From the NCBI GenBank assembly GCA_947467125.1, contig CANIGN010000001.1:1-45590 (forward strand): 45,590 bases of DNA, written 5' to 3'. A model generated the notes under the pieces. The model saw only the letters and a program-made list of their open reading frames with translations. It did not search any database and was not told the origin of the DNA. Positions 24,565 through 33,235 of the stretch are shown piece by piece (within the stretch, counting starts at the first letter, position 1; every line of letters starts with the position of its first letter). The stretch is from Bacteriovoracaceae bacterium (GTDB lineage: Bacteria; Bdellovibrionota; UBA2428). The translations under genes and the position numbers were made by a program.

Positions 24565-27471
24565 ATGTTGTTGTGTTTTATACTGCTTGCTTTTACACCC
24601 TTTTTTAATCTACAGGCGCAAACAACGACTCAAGAAACATTAAGTCTCAGCTACCAAGACTCTGAAACAACTAACACTCAAAAACAAGCCCGCTTTACAA
24701 TCAGCCTTAAATCAGAAAAAAACCTTCCACTTTCCCTTAAAGGAAAAACAGTCGTTTTATTCAAATCATCTTCATGCTCGGGAGATCAAATAGAAAAACA
24801 AGAAAACACTCCAACCGATACCCTTAATTTTCATATTGCAAAAAGATATTTTGAAGCAAATAAGCTCTATTATTTAAGCGCCGGAATCACGACCAAAGAC
24901 AATGTGACACAATTAAATAAAACAACAACATGCAGTAAGTCTTTAGTTTTTACAACAAACTCTTATTCTTCTCTTGTAGACCCCAAACCCTCCGCTGAAA
25001 ACACCCCCCCCATTGACTCATCCCTGAAAATTGAACTGATCGAAGCAGAAACCCCTGGAGTACCCTCAATACGATTACGAAACATGATCAACACTCAAGA
25101 AAGAATTCACGTGTTCACTACTCCTGATTGTACAGGTTCTGAATTGACAAAAAAAACCGTCGCCATCAACAACCTCAAATCATCAAAAGACGTTCACCTA
25201 TCTGCCAATGATTATTCTGAAATTAAAACATACACCCTCTCTGCAAAGACGGATAACTCGTCATGCTCAAATTCCATCCAATATAAAAAAGTTCCTGTTG
25301 TGGCTCCTAATGTTACATTCTTGATGAACGGATCAAACACTGGGAACACAAGTCAAATAAAATTTGATCTTCTGAACCTTCAAAAAAAAGACGTGATTAC
25401 GATTTATCAAAACGATACTACCTGCACAAAAGATTCGATCAAACAAGTTAGTGCCGAAGACAATAGCTTGTTTGTGACTGCAAGCCTTCTTTCAGGTGAT
25501 CAATCGCCGAATGCCACTTACAGTTTTTATGCACAAGCAAAAAGAGGAGATAGCTCTGGACAATGCGTTGGCCCCCTTAACTATACATTCAACAAAACCC
25601 CCCCAACTATTGCGACTCTTACACTTGAAGGAAATGCCAAGAGCTTTAACAGGACACCTCAATTCATAATTACTAATCTTGAAGTTGGAAACAGTGCTTA
25701 TCTTATTTTGGGATCAAACTGTGTAGGAAATTCTATGGCAGACATTAAAAAAGTGGATAGCTCAACAACTCCTTTATCGATTGGAATTAAAGAGCGAGAT
25801 TTTTTAAATGTCGACAAGCTCTATATGTTCTCTGCAAAAGTCATTGACTCCATGGGGAATTCTTCATGTAGTACAAGTGTAGAGTATACTCTTATTACTC
25901 AAATACCAGACCCTACGATTCAACTTTTAGTCAATGATCAAACAACAGCTAAAACCTTGGCAAATCCAAGCTTTAGAATTGGAAATATCTCCCCTGGAGA
26001 CAAAGTAGAAATTTACAAAGACAAAATCTGTAGCAAAATAGCTTCTGAAGAAAAAACCATTAGCAAAAATCAAACAACAATTGACATACAAATCACATCC
26101 CTAAATCAGGCAGAAAAAAACACTTATTACGCCAAAGTTTTTAGCAACGCTGTTCAAAACACTAAATGTAGCTCAAACGGAGTGCCTTATGAATACAAAC
26201 CCCCTGCACCTGTCATTGCAAGTGATCCTATTTATGTAAGCAGCACAAGCACAAATGGCGGCACTCCTCCTCTACCAGACACTAAAATCGATGATGAAAA
26301 CAAAAGAATATTACAAATGGGATTAAATTTAGAATCTCAAGTCGTCACAAATTTCTATGTAACGGAGTTGGGGTATAACGCAAAAGAAATTGAGGCAAGA
26401 ACAGCTGCGATCAGAGACACACTCGACAGTGCCGAGTACAAAAAAGATCCAAAACCATGGCTCAATACAGATACAGACCAACTCGTGCCTTATGTTAAGA
26501 AAAACGATAACACTTATATAAGCATCGGGGGACACACAGTTAATAGAATCTTATACAATCTACAAACTCAAAATCCTCAAAGTTATCAAAGTTTAACAAC
26601 TTATTCACGAATTGTTCGTGATTATACTGAATTAAAACTCACAGACCAAGAAATAGAAAACGACATGATTAAAAGTGGTTTTGTTTGGTTACATGATCTT
26701 ACTCAAGAGCAAGTAATTATACGGAACCAAAAAAGCTATACGAACTCTAACTCTCCAAGCACAACAACTGCAAATATAGCAAAAGCTTATGAAATTGTTT
26801 CAACCGTTAATTTTTGCGACACGTCAGTTAAAGATTTAATCTTGGATACTTCAGACCCTAGCATGGGAACCTTTTACTGCGTTGATCCGTTCAACCCTTC
26901 AAAACTATACACAAATACATTTAGCGATATCATCAGCAAGAAAACGAAAGACATGAAACCAGACCCTTATTTAAGCATTGTTTATTATCTTAAAAATGGA
27001 AGGAACCCTTACGATTCCACCAAAAAAGATATTAGCATGGCTCCTTTTAATAGACTTGGAATTTTAAGTTTTCCACCTGATCGTGAAGAACTAGAAAATA
27101 AAGTTATAGAGTATCTAGATAATTTAACGAGCAAGCCAGAATATCTTTTTCAAGACAGCAAGTGGGCACTCTATTTAAAGTACAGGCTTCAAAGAGACTT
27201 CACAATGAATTACACAAAGATCAATCTCGCCCTTGATTCTTTCAGTAAAAACCCTACTTACAATAGCGAATTTGGGAAAAACATTTGTCGCGCTTATTTA
27301 ATCACCCAAGACTTGGAAACATACAAAATTGCCAAAAATAATCCAAACTGGCTTCCTGGTTACAAATGGAATTCAATCAATGATTTACCAGACCAGCCGC
27401 CAACATGGTGCTTAACCTACAACAACAGTATTAACTCTAATAAATCTATAATAAGTACCGTTAACCAATAA
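24565..27471 (+). CDS. Secreted protein: 5 two-Cys Ig-like modules plus degenerate C-terminal ParB-like domain
   Basis: Signal peptide ending LQA; five ~100-aa modules (PxF...IY...C...YxFxAK...CS..xY); Pro-rich linker; C-terminus aligns with the downstream paralog (LVPYV, VRDY, GFVWLHD, KPDPY, KWALY, CRA, WLPG, WC). Confidence 0.8.
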   Translation: MLLCFILLAFTPFFNLQAQTTTQETLSLSYQDSETTNTQKQARFTISLKSEKNLPLSLKGKTVVLFKSSSCSGDQIEKQENTPTDTLNFHIAKRYFEANKLYYLSAGITTKDNVTQLNKTTTCSKSLVFTTNSYSSLVDPKPSAENTPPIDSSLKIELIEAETPGVPSIRLRNMINTQERIHVFTTPDCTGSELTKKTVAINNLKSSKDVHLSANDYSEIKTYTLSAKTDNSSCSNSIQYKKVPVVAPNVTFLMNGSNTGNTSQIKFDLLNLQKKDVITIYQNDTTCTKDSIKQVSAEDNSLFVTASLLSGDQSPNATYSFYAQAKRGDSSGQCVGPLNYTFNKTPPTIATLTLEGNAKSFNRTPQFIITNLEVGNSAYLILGSNCVGNSMADIKKVDSSTTPLSIGIKERDFLNVDKLYMFSAKVIDSMGNSSCSTSVEYTLITQIPDPTIQLLVNDQTTAKTLANPSFRIGNISPGDKVEIYKDKICSKIASEEKTISKNQTTIDIQITSLNQAEKNTYYAKVFSNAVQNTKCSSNGVPYEYKPPAPVIASDPIYVSSTSTNGGTPPLPDTKIDDENKRILQMGLNLESQVVTNFYVTELGYNAKEIEARTAAIRDTLDSAEYKKDPKPWLNTDTDQLVPYVKKNDNTYISIGGHTVNRILYNLQTQNPQSYQSLTTYSRIVRDYTELKLTDQEIENDMIKSGFVWLHDLTQEQVIIRNQKSYTNSNSPSTTTANIAKAYEIVSTVNFCDTSVKDLILDTSDPSMGTFYCVDPFNPSKLYTNTFSDIISKKTKDMKPDPYLSIVYYLKNGRNPYDSTKKDISMAPFNRLGILSFPPDREELENKVIEYLDNLTSKPEYLFQDSKWALYLKYRLQRDFTMNYTKINLALDSFSKNPTYNSEFGKNICRAYLITQDLETYKIAKNNPNWLPGYKWNSINDLPDQPPTWCLTYNNSINSNKSIISTVNQ

Positions 27472-27533
27472 TAAAAAATTTTCTTAACTAAAAATTAATC
27501 AATTAAAATTTAAAACCTCTTAAAATAAGAAGA

Positions 27534-30479
27534 GTGAAGCGCATTAAGAAAATTAAGTGTTTGATTTTAATTTTTTTTGGAATTACGTGCACCTCAACAC
27601 TGAAAGCCCAGATAACCTTAAACCAGATAACCTTAAAATACCCTGATTCTGAAGCATCAAAAACAAAGGAACAAAAGAAGCCCCAATTCAATATTTCTGG
27701 ATTCAAAATAGGCGACTCTGTCGCTTTAATTAAGGGAGCAAACTGTATAGGTGATGAAATAGAACAAAAAACCGCAACAAGCGAAATAGTTGAGTTTAAT
27801 ATTAAATATACAGATTTAAACAAAATATTCAATCAAGACAATTACACCTATTACTTGAGTTCCAAAAGAAACGGATCTGATTGCAGCAACAATTTAAACT
27901 TCAAGATTACAAACAGAGAGGCGCTTACCGAGACAAACATTCTACCACGCTCAATTAAAATTGAGGAATTCATAGAAGCAAATGCACCCAATACACCTTC
28001 ATTTAAAGTCACGCAGCTACAAGATGGAGATGAAATAAATCTTTACAAAAGCGAACGAAGCGATCCTTGTAAAGGAAGCATTGTAGACACCTCAACTGCA
28101 GAAAAAGGTATAGCTATCTTCATTCGCCCAAACCTTCAACCAGGCGGAGACATTTACATCTCTGCAGGCTTAATAAACGCAAACCCACCCGCTTGCACAA
28201 ACGCTATTTTTAAAAAAATTCCAGTTATAGACCCACCCTTCAACTCGAAACCTCTTATGGAATTTTACCCAGGGGAAAACTCAAAACGACCTTCCTTTAA
28301 AGTGATACGCCTAACAGGACAAAACGAGGTTTCCCTTTACAAGAGCCCCGACAAAAACAAAGCCTGCCAGGGAATGCCTATCGCTACAAAGACTACAAAC
28401 GAAAATTATATTATATTCAATGAGCCCACAGAAATTCCTGCAGGTAAAAAATATTATTTTTCTGCAAAAATTAAAAATTCAGAACCTGGATCTAGCAACT
28501 GCTTATCAAGCATTATTGACTTTACTCGCACCGGACCAAATGTAACCCTTTACATAAACCACGGTGTACCCAAAGATAATGTTACATCACCAGAATTTTA
28601 CATCTTAGGGGTTGAGCAAGGTTACTCAGCTGAAATCTTTAAAGATGCTGCCTGCACAGGAACACCTCTTAAGAAGATTTCCGCAACCGATAACAAAATT
28701 TTAATTAACTTGCCTATTAGTGGCCAAAAAACCCACAAATATTACGCTCGTGGCATTGACGATGATGGCACCCCAGGAAAATGCACAAATGGAGTTGAGT
28801 ATACTTTAGACACGACGACCTCTGACTTAAAACTTAGATTGAGCGACGGAGAAAAATCTAGAGGATCAGAACCACATCCTAAATTTAAAGTAAGCGGAAC
28901 GTTTACCAAAGGTGATATATTAGAACTTTTTAAAAGTTCAAAATGCACAGGAACAAAAGTCATCCACACTCTTAGAATTGAAAAACCCTCTAATTCTGAA
29001 ATAACTTCTCCCTCAGAACGAGAGCCACTTGTTGGAGATTCAACATTTACCTTTTCCGTTAAATCAACAGACAAATCTGGCAATAAATCTTGTAGTAATG
29101 ATATTCAATATACTCTTGATACAGCAAAACCCTATCCTCAAATAAAACTCAAAGGGAATCAAAAAACAGACAGTAACGCTAGTCCTAGCTTTATCGTCAC
29201 AAACATTTCACCCGGAGATAAAGTAACAGTCTACAGTGATTCGACTTGCAAACGTAAAGCTTCAAAAGAAATAATTGTTCCTGCACAAAAGTCAAGCATT
29301 GAAATCAAGATTGATCCTCTTCAGAAAGAAGACAGTTACTCTTTTTGGGTTAACGCTATAGATTCAGATGGCACAATCGGCACATGCAGCAGAGATGGAG
29401 CAACGTATACCTTCAATAAACCGAACAGTAGAGGAACAGGTGGAGGAGGAACAGGTGGAGGAGGAACAGGTGGAGGAGGATCAACCAGCGGAAAAGTCGA
29501 TTTAATCAAAACACTAATTCAAAAAGAAAACGATCGCGTAGAAAAGATTGGCATTGATGAGCTTTATGTTAAAGACTTACACCCAACGCAAATCACTTAC
29601 GGCAATGTCGAGAATCAAATCAGAAGAGCAACCGCTGTAAAAAAAATTTACTGTGATAAAAATGTCGATGACTGGAAAAATGAACACCTTATCCCCTATG
29701 TCATAAGTCCCGAAGGCATAAAATATTTCTTTGATGGTCACCATACCAACAAAATCCTTAGCGACATCTACGGACAAGCGGCAACAACAAAGGTAAGACT
29801 GATTCGAGACTATCGTAAGTTAGGTTTTAACGACGAAGAATTCAAAAAAGACATGACTAAGCACGGTTGGGTTTGGCTTCACGATACCCGCATAGAAAAA
29901 CCTGTAGAAAATACGTTTAATCCCAACATATTATTTAATGTCCTTTTTGATAAAATCAAAGTGATCAGTAATGTCACCAATCTAAAGCCAGACCCTTTTA
30001 GAGATATCGCCTACCTTTTACAATATGGCATAAACCCAAAAGATGCTTTTACTAAATTCGATCATGGTTATAAAATCAAAAAAGATCTAGAATCTTCAGC
30101 ATACAATCCCCCAAGTCTTCCCTTTTATAGTGACAAGGAATACATAAAAAAAATTATTAATTCAGCCCAAGGCTTATTTAACGGACATAAATGGGGTCTT
30201 TACATAAGGTACAGACTAAAAAAAGATTATGGTGTCACATTTGCACAGTTAGCAGCAAGCGCTTCAGGCAACAACTTTAATAACTTTAGCGGCTGTCGAA
30301 ATTTTAAAGAAAATGAAAAGGTTGATGTTGACGATTTTTTTATGCTCAACCTGTGCAGAGCTCACAGAATCGCAAGAGACTCTAAAACGAGATCTATTTA
30401 CGACCACAATCCAGCTTGGTTGCCAGGGCTTCTGCAAAACACCCACGTTCCTGATTGGTGCGATGACTATCAAAATTAA
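27534..30479 (+). CDS. Secreted protein: 6 two-Cys Ig-like modules, Gly linker, C-terminal ParB-like nuclease (ParBc_2-type) domain
   Basis: Signal peptide ending LKA; six modules; (GTGGG)3 linker; LHPTQITYG, IPYVISPEGIKYFFDGHH, FKKDMTKHGWVWLHD, LKPDPFRDIA, WGLYIR, WLPG. Confidence 0.82.
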   Translation: MKRIKKIKCLILIFFGITCTSTLKAQITLNQITLKYPDSEASKTKEQKKPQFNISGFKIGDSVALIKGANCIGDEIEQKTATSEIVEFNIKYTDLNKIFNQDNYTYYLSSKRNGSDCSNNLNFKITNREALTETNILPRSIKIEEFIEANAPNTPSFKVTQLQDGDEINLYKSERSDPCKGSIVDTSTAEKGIAIFIRPNLQPGGDIYISAGLINANPPACTNAIFKKIPVIDPPFNSKPLMEFYPGENSKRPSFKVIRLTGQNEVSLYKSPDKNKACQGMPIATKTTNENYIIFNEPTEIPAGKKYYFSAKIKNSEPGSSNCLSSIIDFTRTGPNVTLYINHGVPKDNVTSPEFYILGVEQGYSAEIFKDAACTGTPLKKISATDNKILINLPISGQKTHKYYARGIDDDGTPGKCTNGVEYTLDTTTSDLKLRLSDGEKSRGSEPHPKFKVSGTFTKGDILELFKSSKCTGTKVIHTLRIEKPSNSEITSPSEREPLVGDSTFTFSVKSTDKSGNKSCSNDIQYTLDTAKPYPQIKLKGNQKTDSNASPSFIVTNISPGDKVTVYSDSTCKRKASKEIIVPAQKSSIEIKIDPLQKEDSYSFWVNAIDSDGTIGTCSRDGATYTFNKPNSRGTGGGGTGGGGTGGGGSTSGKVDLIKTLIQKENDRVEKIGIDELYVKDLHPTQITYGNVENQIRRATAVKKIYCDKNVDDWKNEHLIPYVISPEGIKYFFDGHHTNKILSDIYGQAATTKVRLIRDYRKLGFNDEEFKKDMTKHGWVWLHDTRIEKPVENTFNPNILFNVLFDKIKVISNVTNLKPDPFRDIAYLLQYGINPKDAFTKFDHGYKIKKDLESSAYNPPSLPFYSDKEYIKKIINSAQGLFNGHKWGLYIRYRLKKDYGVTFAQLAASASGNNFNNFSGCRNFKENEKVDVDDFFMLNLCRAHRIARDSKTRSIYDHNPAWLPGLLQNTHVPDWCDDYQN
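27608..27637 (+). repeat. Exact 15-bp tandem duplication (CCAGATAACCTTAAA x2)
   Basis: Read directly; encodes QITLN-QITLK just after the signal cleavage site. Confidence 0.9.
29433..29477 (+). repeat. Exact 15-bp tandem repeat (GGAACAGGTGGAGGA x3)
   Basis: Read directly; encodes the GTGGG x3 linker between the Ig-like stalk and the ParB-like domain. Confidence 0.95.
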
Positions 30480-30493
30480 AATCCGAACTACTT

Positions 30494-30961
30494 TTAACTC
30501 TTTAAGTCTCGCTCCATCACCCACGCGCCCTCACCCGTTTTGTAATAGCTGGGCCGAAAGCCTGTTTTGGTAAAGGCAAATTTTTTATAAATAGAATCAG
30601 CGGCCTTGTTCCATTCGCCACACTCTAAAATAATTTTTGAAGCTTTTTTTCCGCATTGGTTTAAGAATTCTTTGAAAAGCAGATTGCCCTTACCAAATCC
30701 TTTTTCACGCACACTCCAATGTGTGACTTCCATTTCAGAATCAATGAAACGGTAAAAAACAAAACCTAAGATGTTTTTATCTTCTAAAAAAACAAAAATT
30801 CGATCCTCACTTGAAAGAATATGACTTAAGTAATTTTCCTCAGTCCAATAAGGATTTCTTTTAAGAGAATATTTTTCAAGATCGTAAAAGACTTTTGCAA
30901 GCTCCGTGTTTTCAAAGTTTTTAGAAAACTCTTTCAAACTTATATCCAAGTACGTACTCAT
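30494..30961 (-). CDS. GNAT family acetyltransferase, RimI-like
   Basis: KGFGKGNLL acetyl-CoA loop, LECGEWNKAADSIYKKFAF, GFRPSYYKTGEGAWVM; ATGA overlap with pyrD. Confidence 0.8.
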   Translation of the reverse strand: MSTYLDISLKEFSKNFENTELAKVFYDLEKYSLKRNPYWTEENYLSHILSSEDRIFVFLEDKNILGFVFYRFIDSEMEVTHWSVREKGFGKGNLLFKEFLNQCGKKASKIILECGEWNKAADSIYKKFAFTKTGFRPSYYKTGEGAWVMERDLKS

Positions 30962-31941
30962 AACTCATTCCAAGCCTGAGCAAGTTGTAAAGGAAATCGC
31001 GGTCCGCCAAAAATCCAACCCGTATAAATTTGTATCAAATTTGCTCCAAGTTTCTTTCTTTTCACTGCTTCAGCAGCGTCCATAATTCCTCCTACAGAGA
31101 TAAGAGGCAAAGAGGTTCGAGATCGAGCAAAAGCTAAAAGAGAACAAGAAAGCTCTGATAAAGGCGCCCCACTCCATCCTCCGTTACGTCCCTCACGATT
31201 TCCGCCTAATGTATTGGTCAACACAAAACCATCAATCCCCAATTCAGAGGCTCGAGAAAAGAACTCACTCAAAACATTTTCTTCTAATTCAGGAGCCAAT
31301 TTCAAAAAAATCCGCTGAGAGGAAGAAACTTTCTTCATAGAAGAAAATATTTTCTCAATAGAATTTAACTGCTGAAGAGAGCGAAGGCCCGGAGTATTCG
31401 GAGAACTCACATTCACGACAAAATAATCTCCAAAGGATTTTAAAATATCAAAGCTCTCCGCATATTCTTCTGCAGCTTTTTCATGAGGCGTGTCTTTATT
31501 CAATCCAATATTAATTCCGACCGAAAAATTTTTGGAAATTTGATAACCAGAGAACCTTCGAGCCACCGCTTCTGCGCCCTCATTATTAAATCCCATAAAA
31601 TTAAAAAGCCTTTGGTCACCTCGAAAAAGCCGAGGCTTTGGATTTCCACCTTGAGGCCTCAAAGTCACACTTCCAATTTCTGCTGAAGAAAAACCCAAAT
31701 GAATCAAATAAGGCAAAATTTTTGCATTTTTATCAAAGCCTGCAGCCAAGCCCACAGGACTTTTTAAAGTTTTACCCAAAAAAGAAACATCTTGTGAAAG
31801 TTCAGAGATTTTCGCCTGACCGCTTATCCACTCTAAAACCTGTGGACGAAAAGCACCCAGGCTTTCAATACTCTTAAGAGAAAAATCATGAACTTTTTCA
31901 GCATCAAAAGAAAAGATGAGAGGCTTTAGAAAGTTCCACAT
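30958..31941 (-). CDS. pyrD: Quinone-dependent dihydroorotate dehydrogenase (class 2)
   Basis: GLAAGFDKN, GNPKPRLFR, NFMGFNN, NVSSPNTPGLR, LKLAP, TNT, SVGGI, QIYTG. Confidence 0.96.
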   Translation of the reverse strand: MWNFLKPLIFSFDAEKVHDFSLKSIESLGAFRPQVLEWISGQAKISELSQDVSFLGKTLKSPVGLAAGFDKNAKILPYLIHLGFSSAEIGSVTLRPQGGNPKPRLFRGDQRLFNFMGFNNEGAEAVARRFSGYQISKNFSVGINIGLNKDTPHEKAAEEYAESFDILKSFGDYFVVNVSSPNTPGLRSLQQLNSIEKIFSSMKKVSSSQRIFLKLAPELEENVLSEFFSRASELGIDGFVLTNTLGGNREGRNGGWSGAPLSELSCSLLAFARSRTSLPLISVGGIMDAAEAVKRKKLGANLIQIYTGWIFGGPRFPLQLAQAWNEL

Positions 31942-31984
31942 GTCTTAAGTCAAAAAGCTTAGCGTTAATCAAAGAAGGCAACAA

Positions 31985-32605
31985 CTATCCGTTAAGCTTT
32001 GCGCAAATCATGCAACTTTTGCCTTGGCATCCTCGAGCTGTACAATATTCGCGACCATAAAAAATAATTTGAAGATGCAATTTATTCCATGTGTTGTCTG
32101 GAAATAATTTTTTTAAATCACGTTCCGTTTGCACGACCGAACGCCCACTTGATAATTTCCATCTTTTTGCCAATCGATGAATATGTGTATCAACAGGAAA
32201 TGCGGGATACCCAAAGGCTTGTGCCATCACCACACTTGCTGTTTTGTGTCCCACACCTGGCAAAGACTCCAATTCCGCAAAGGTTTGCGGAACAACGCCC
32301 TTATAGTCTTCCACCAGAATTCGACTTAATCCCACAATTGCTTTTGATTTTTGAGGACCAAGTCCGCACGGCCGCACAATCGCTTCCACTGTCTTTGCGT
32401 CTTGGCGAGCCATATCCTGCGGATTATCCGCTAGCTTCCAAAGCTGAGGCGTTGTTTTGTTTACGCGAACGTCGGTACACTGGGCGGAGAGAAGAACAGA
32501 AACTAAAAGCGTATAAGGATCTTTATGATCAAGCGGAATGGGTGTTGTCGGATATAATTCGTTTAGTTTTTGAAGGACATAATCTGCGCGCTGTTGTTTT
32601 TTCAT
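31985..32605 (-). CDS. nth: Endonuclease III
   Basis: LSAQCTDVRVN, HhH LPGVGHKTA, PVDTHIHR, four C-terminal Cys. Confidence 0.95.
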   Translation of the reverse strand: MKKQQRADYVLQKLNELYPTTPIPLDHKDPYTLLVSVLLSAQCTDVRVNKTTPQLWKLADNPQDMARQDAKTVEAIVRPCGLGPQKSKAIVGLSRILVEDYKGVVPQTFAELESLPGVGHKTASVVMAQAFGYPAFPVDTHIHRLAKRWKLSSGRSVVQTERDLKKLFPDNTWNKLHLQIIFYGREYCTARGCQGKSCMICAKLNG

Positions 32606-32614
32606 GAATTAAAT

Positions 32615-33223
32615 TCATTCGTTTGCGGTCAACACATCTCGAACAAAAGATCGCGCAAGCTTTGCAAAGTCCTCTAAGCCTTCACCCGTTTTGGAACTCA
32701 TCCATTTCCAATCCGTAAAACCCTCTCCCAAAAAGTTTGCCCAAGTTTTTTCGACTTCTTTTCTTTTGGAACGAATGATTTGATCTGCTTTTGTAAATAT
32801 AAAATGATGATTAAAAGTCATCATCCACTTCGAAACCAAGGAATCCATCTCATCGGGCTTACGTCGAGGGTCGAGCAACCAAAAAACTTTTGTCGTGGGC
32901 TGCTGAACTTTTTTAACAAGTTTTTTGCCCAAATCTTCCCACTCACGAATCTCGGCACTCGGACGTATTGCATACCCCCACCCGGGCAAATCGAGAATAA
33001 ACAAAGCCTTTTTACCCATGGCCACTTCTGCTCCCACCAAACCTCGAGTGACACCAGGCGTGCTTCCTGTTCTAAAAATTCGCTGTGGATGAATTAATGC
33101 ATTCAGCAAAGAACTCTTTCCCACATTGGAACGTCCCATGACGATAAAGGTTGGAAGTTCGGGAAGCTCCCATTCTTCATGTGCAAACTTAGTAAAAGTG
33201 AGCGCTGCTTTGCCTAAACCCAT
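32615..33223 (-). CDS. engB: Ribosome biogenesis GTPase YihA/YsxC/EngB
   Basis: GRSNVGKSSLLN, TPGVT, DLPGWG, TKAD, SSK. Confidence 0.9.
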   Translation of the reverse strand: MGLGKAALTFTKFAHEEWELPELPTFIVMGRSNVGKSSLLNALIHPQRIFRTGSTPGVTRGLVGAEVAMGKKALFILDLPGWGYAIRPSAEIREWEDLGKKLVKKVQQPTTKVFWLLDPRRKPDEMDSLVSKWMMTFNHHFIFTKADQIIRSKRKEVEKTWANFLGEGFTDWKWMSSKTGEGLEDFAKLARSFVRDVLTANE

Positions 33224-33235
33224 GAATTCCTCACT

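Noticed and set aside
24565..30479. Chromosome or plasmid partition locus, or a classic polymorphic toxin-immunity pair
   Set aside because: The proteins have signal peptides and no HTH; no parA or parS was seen; there is no room for an immunity ORF after either gene.
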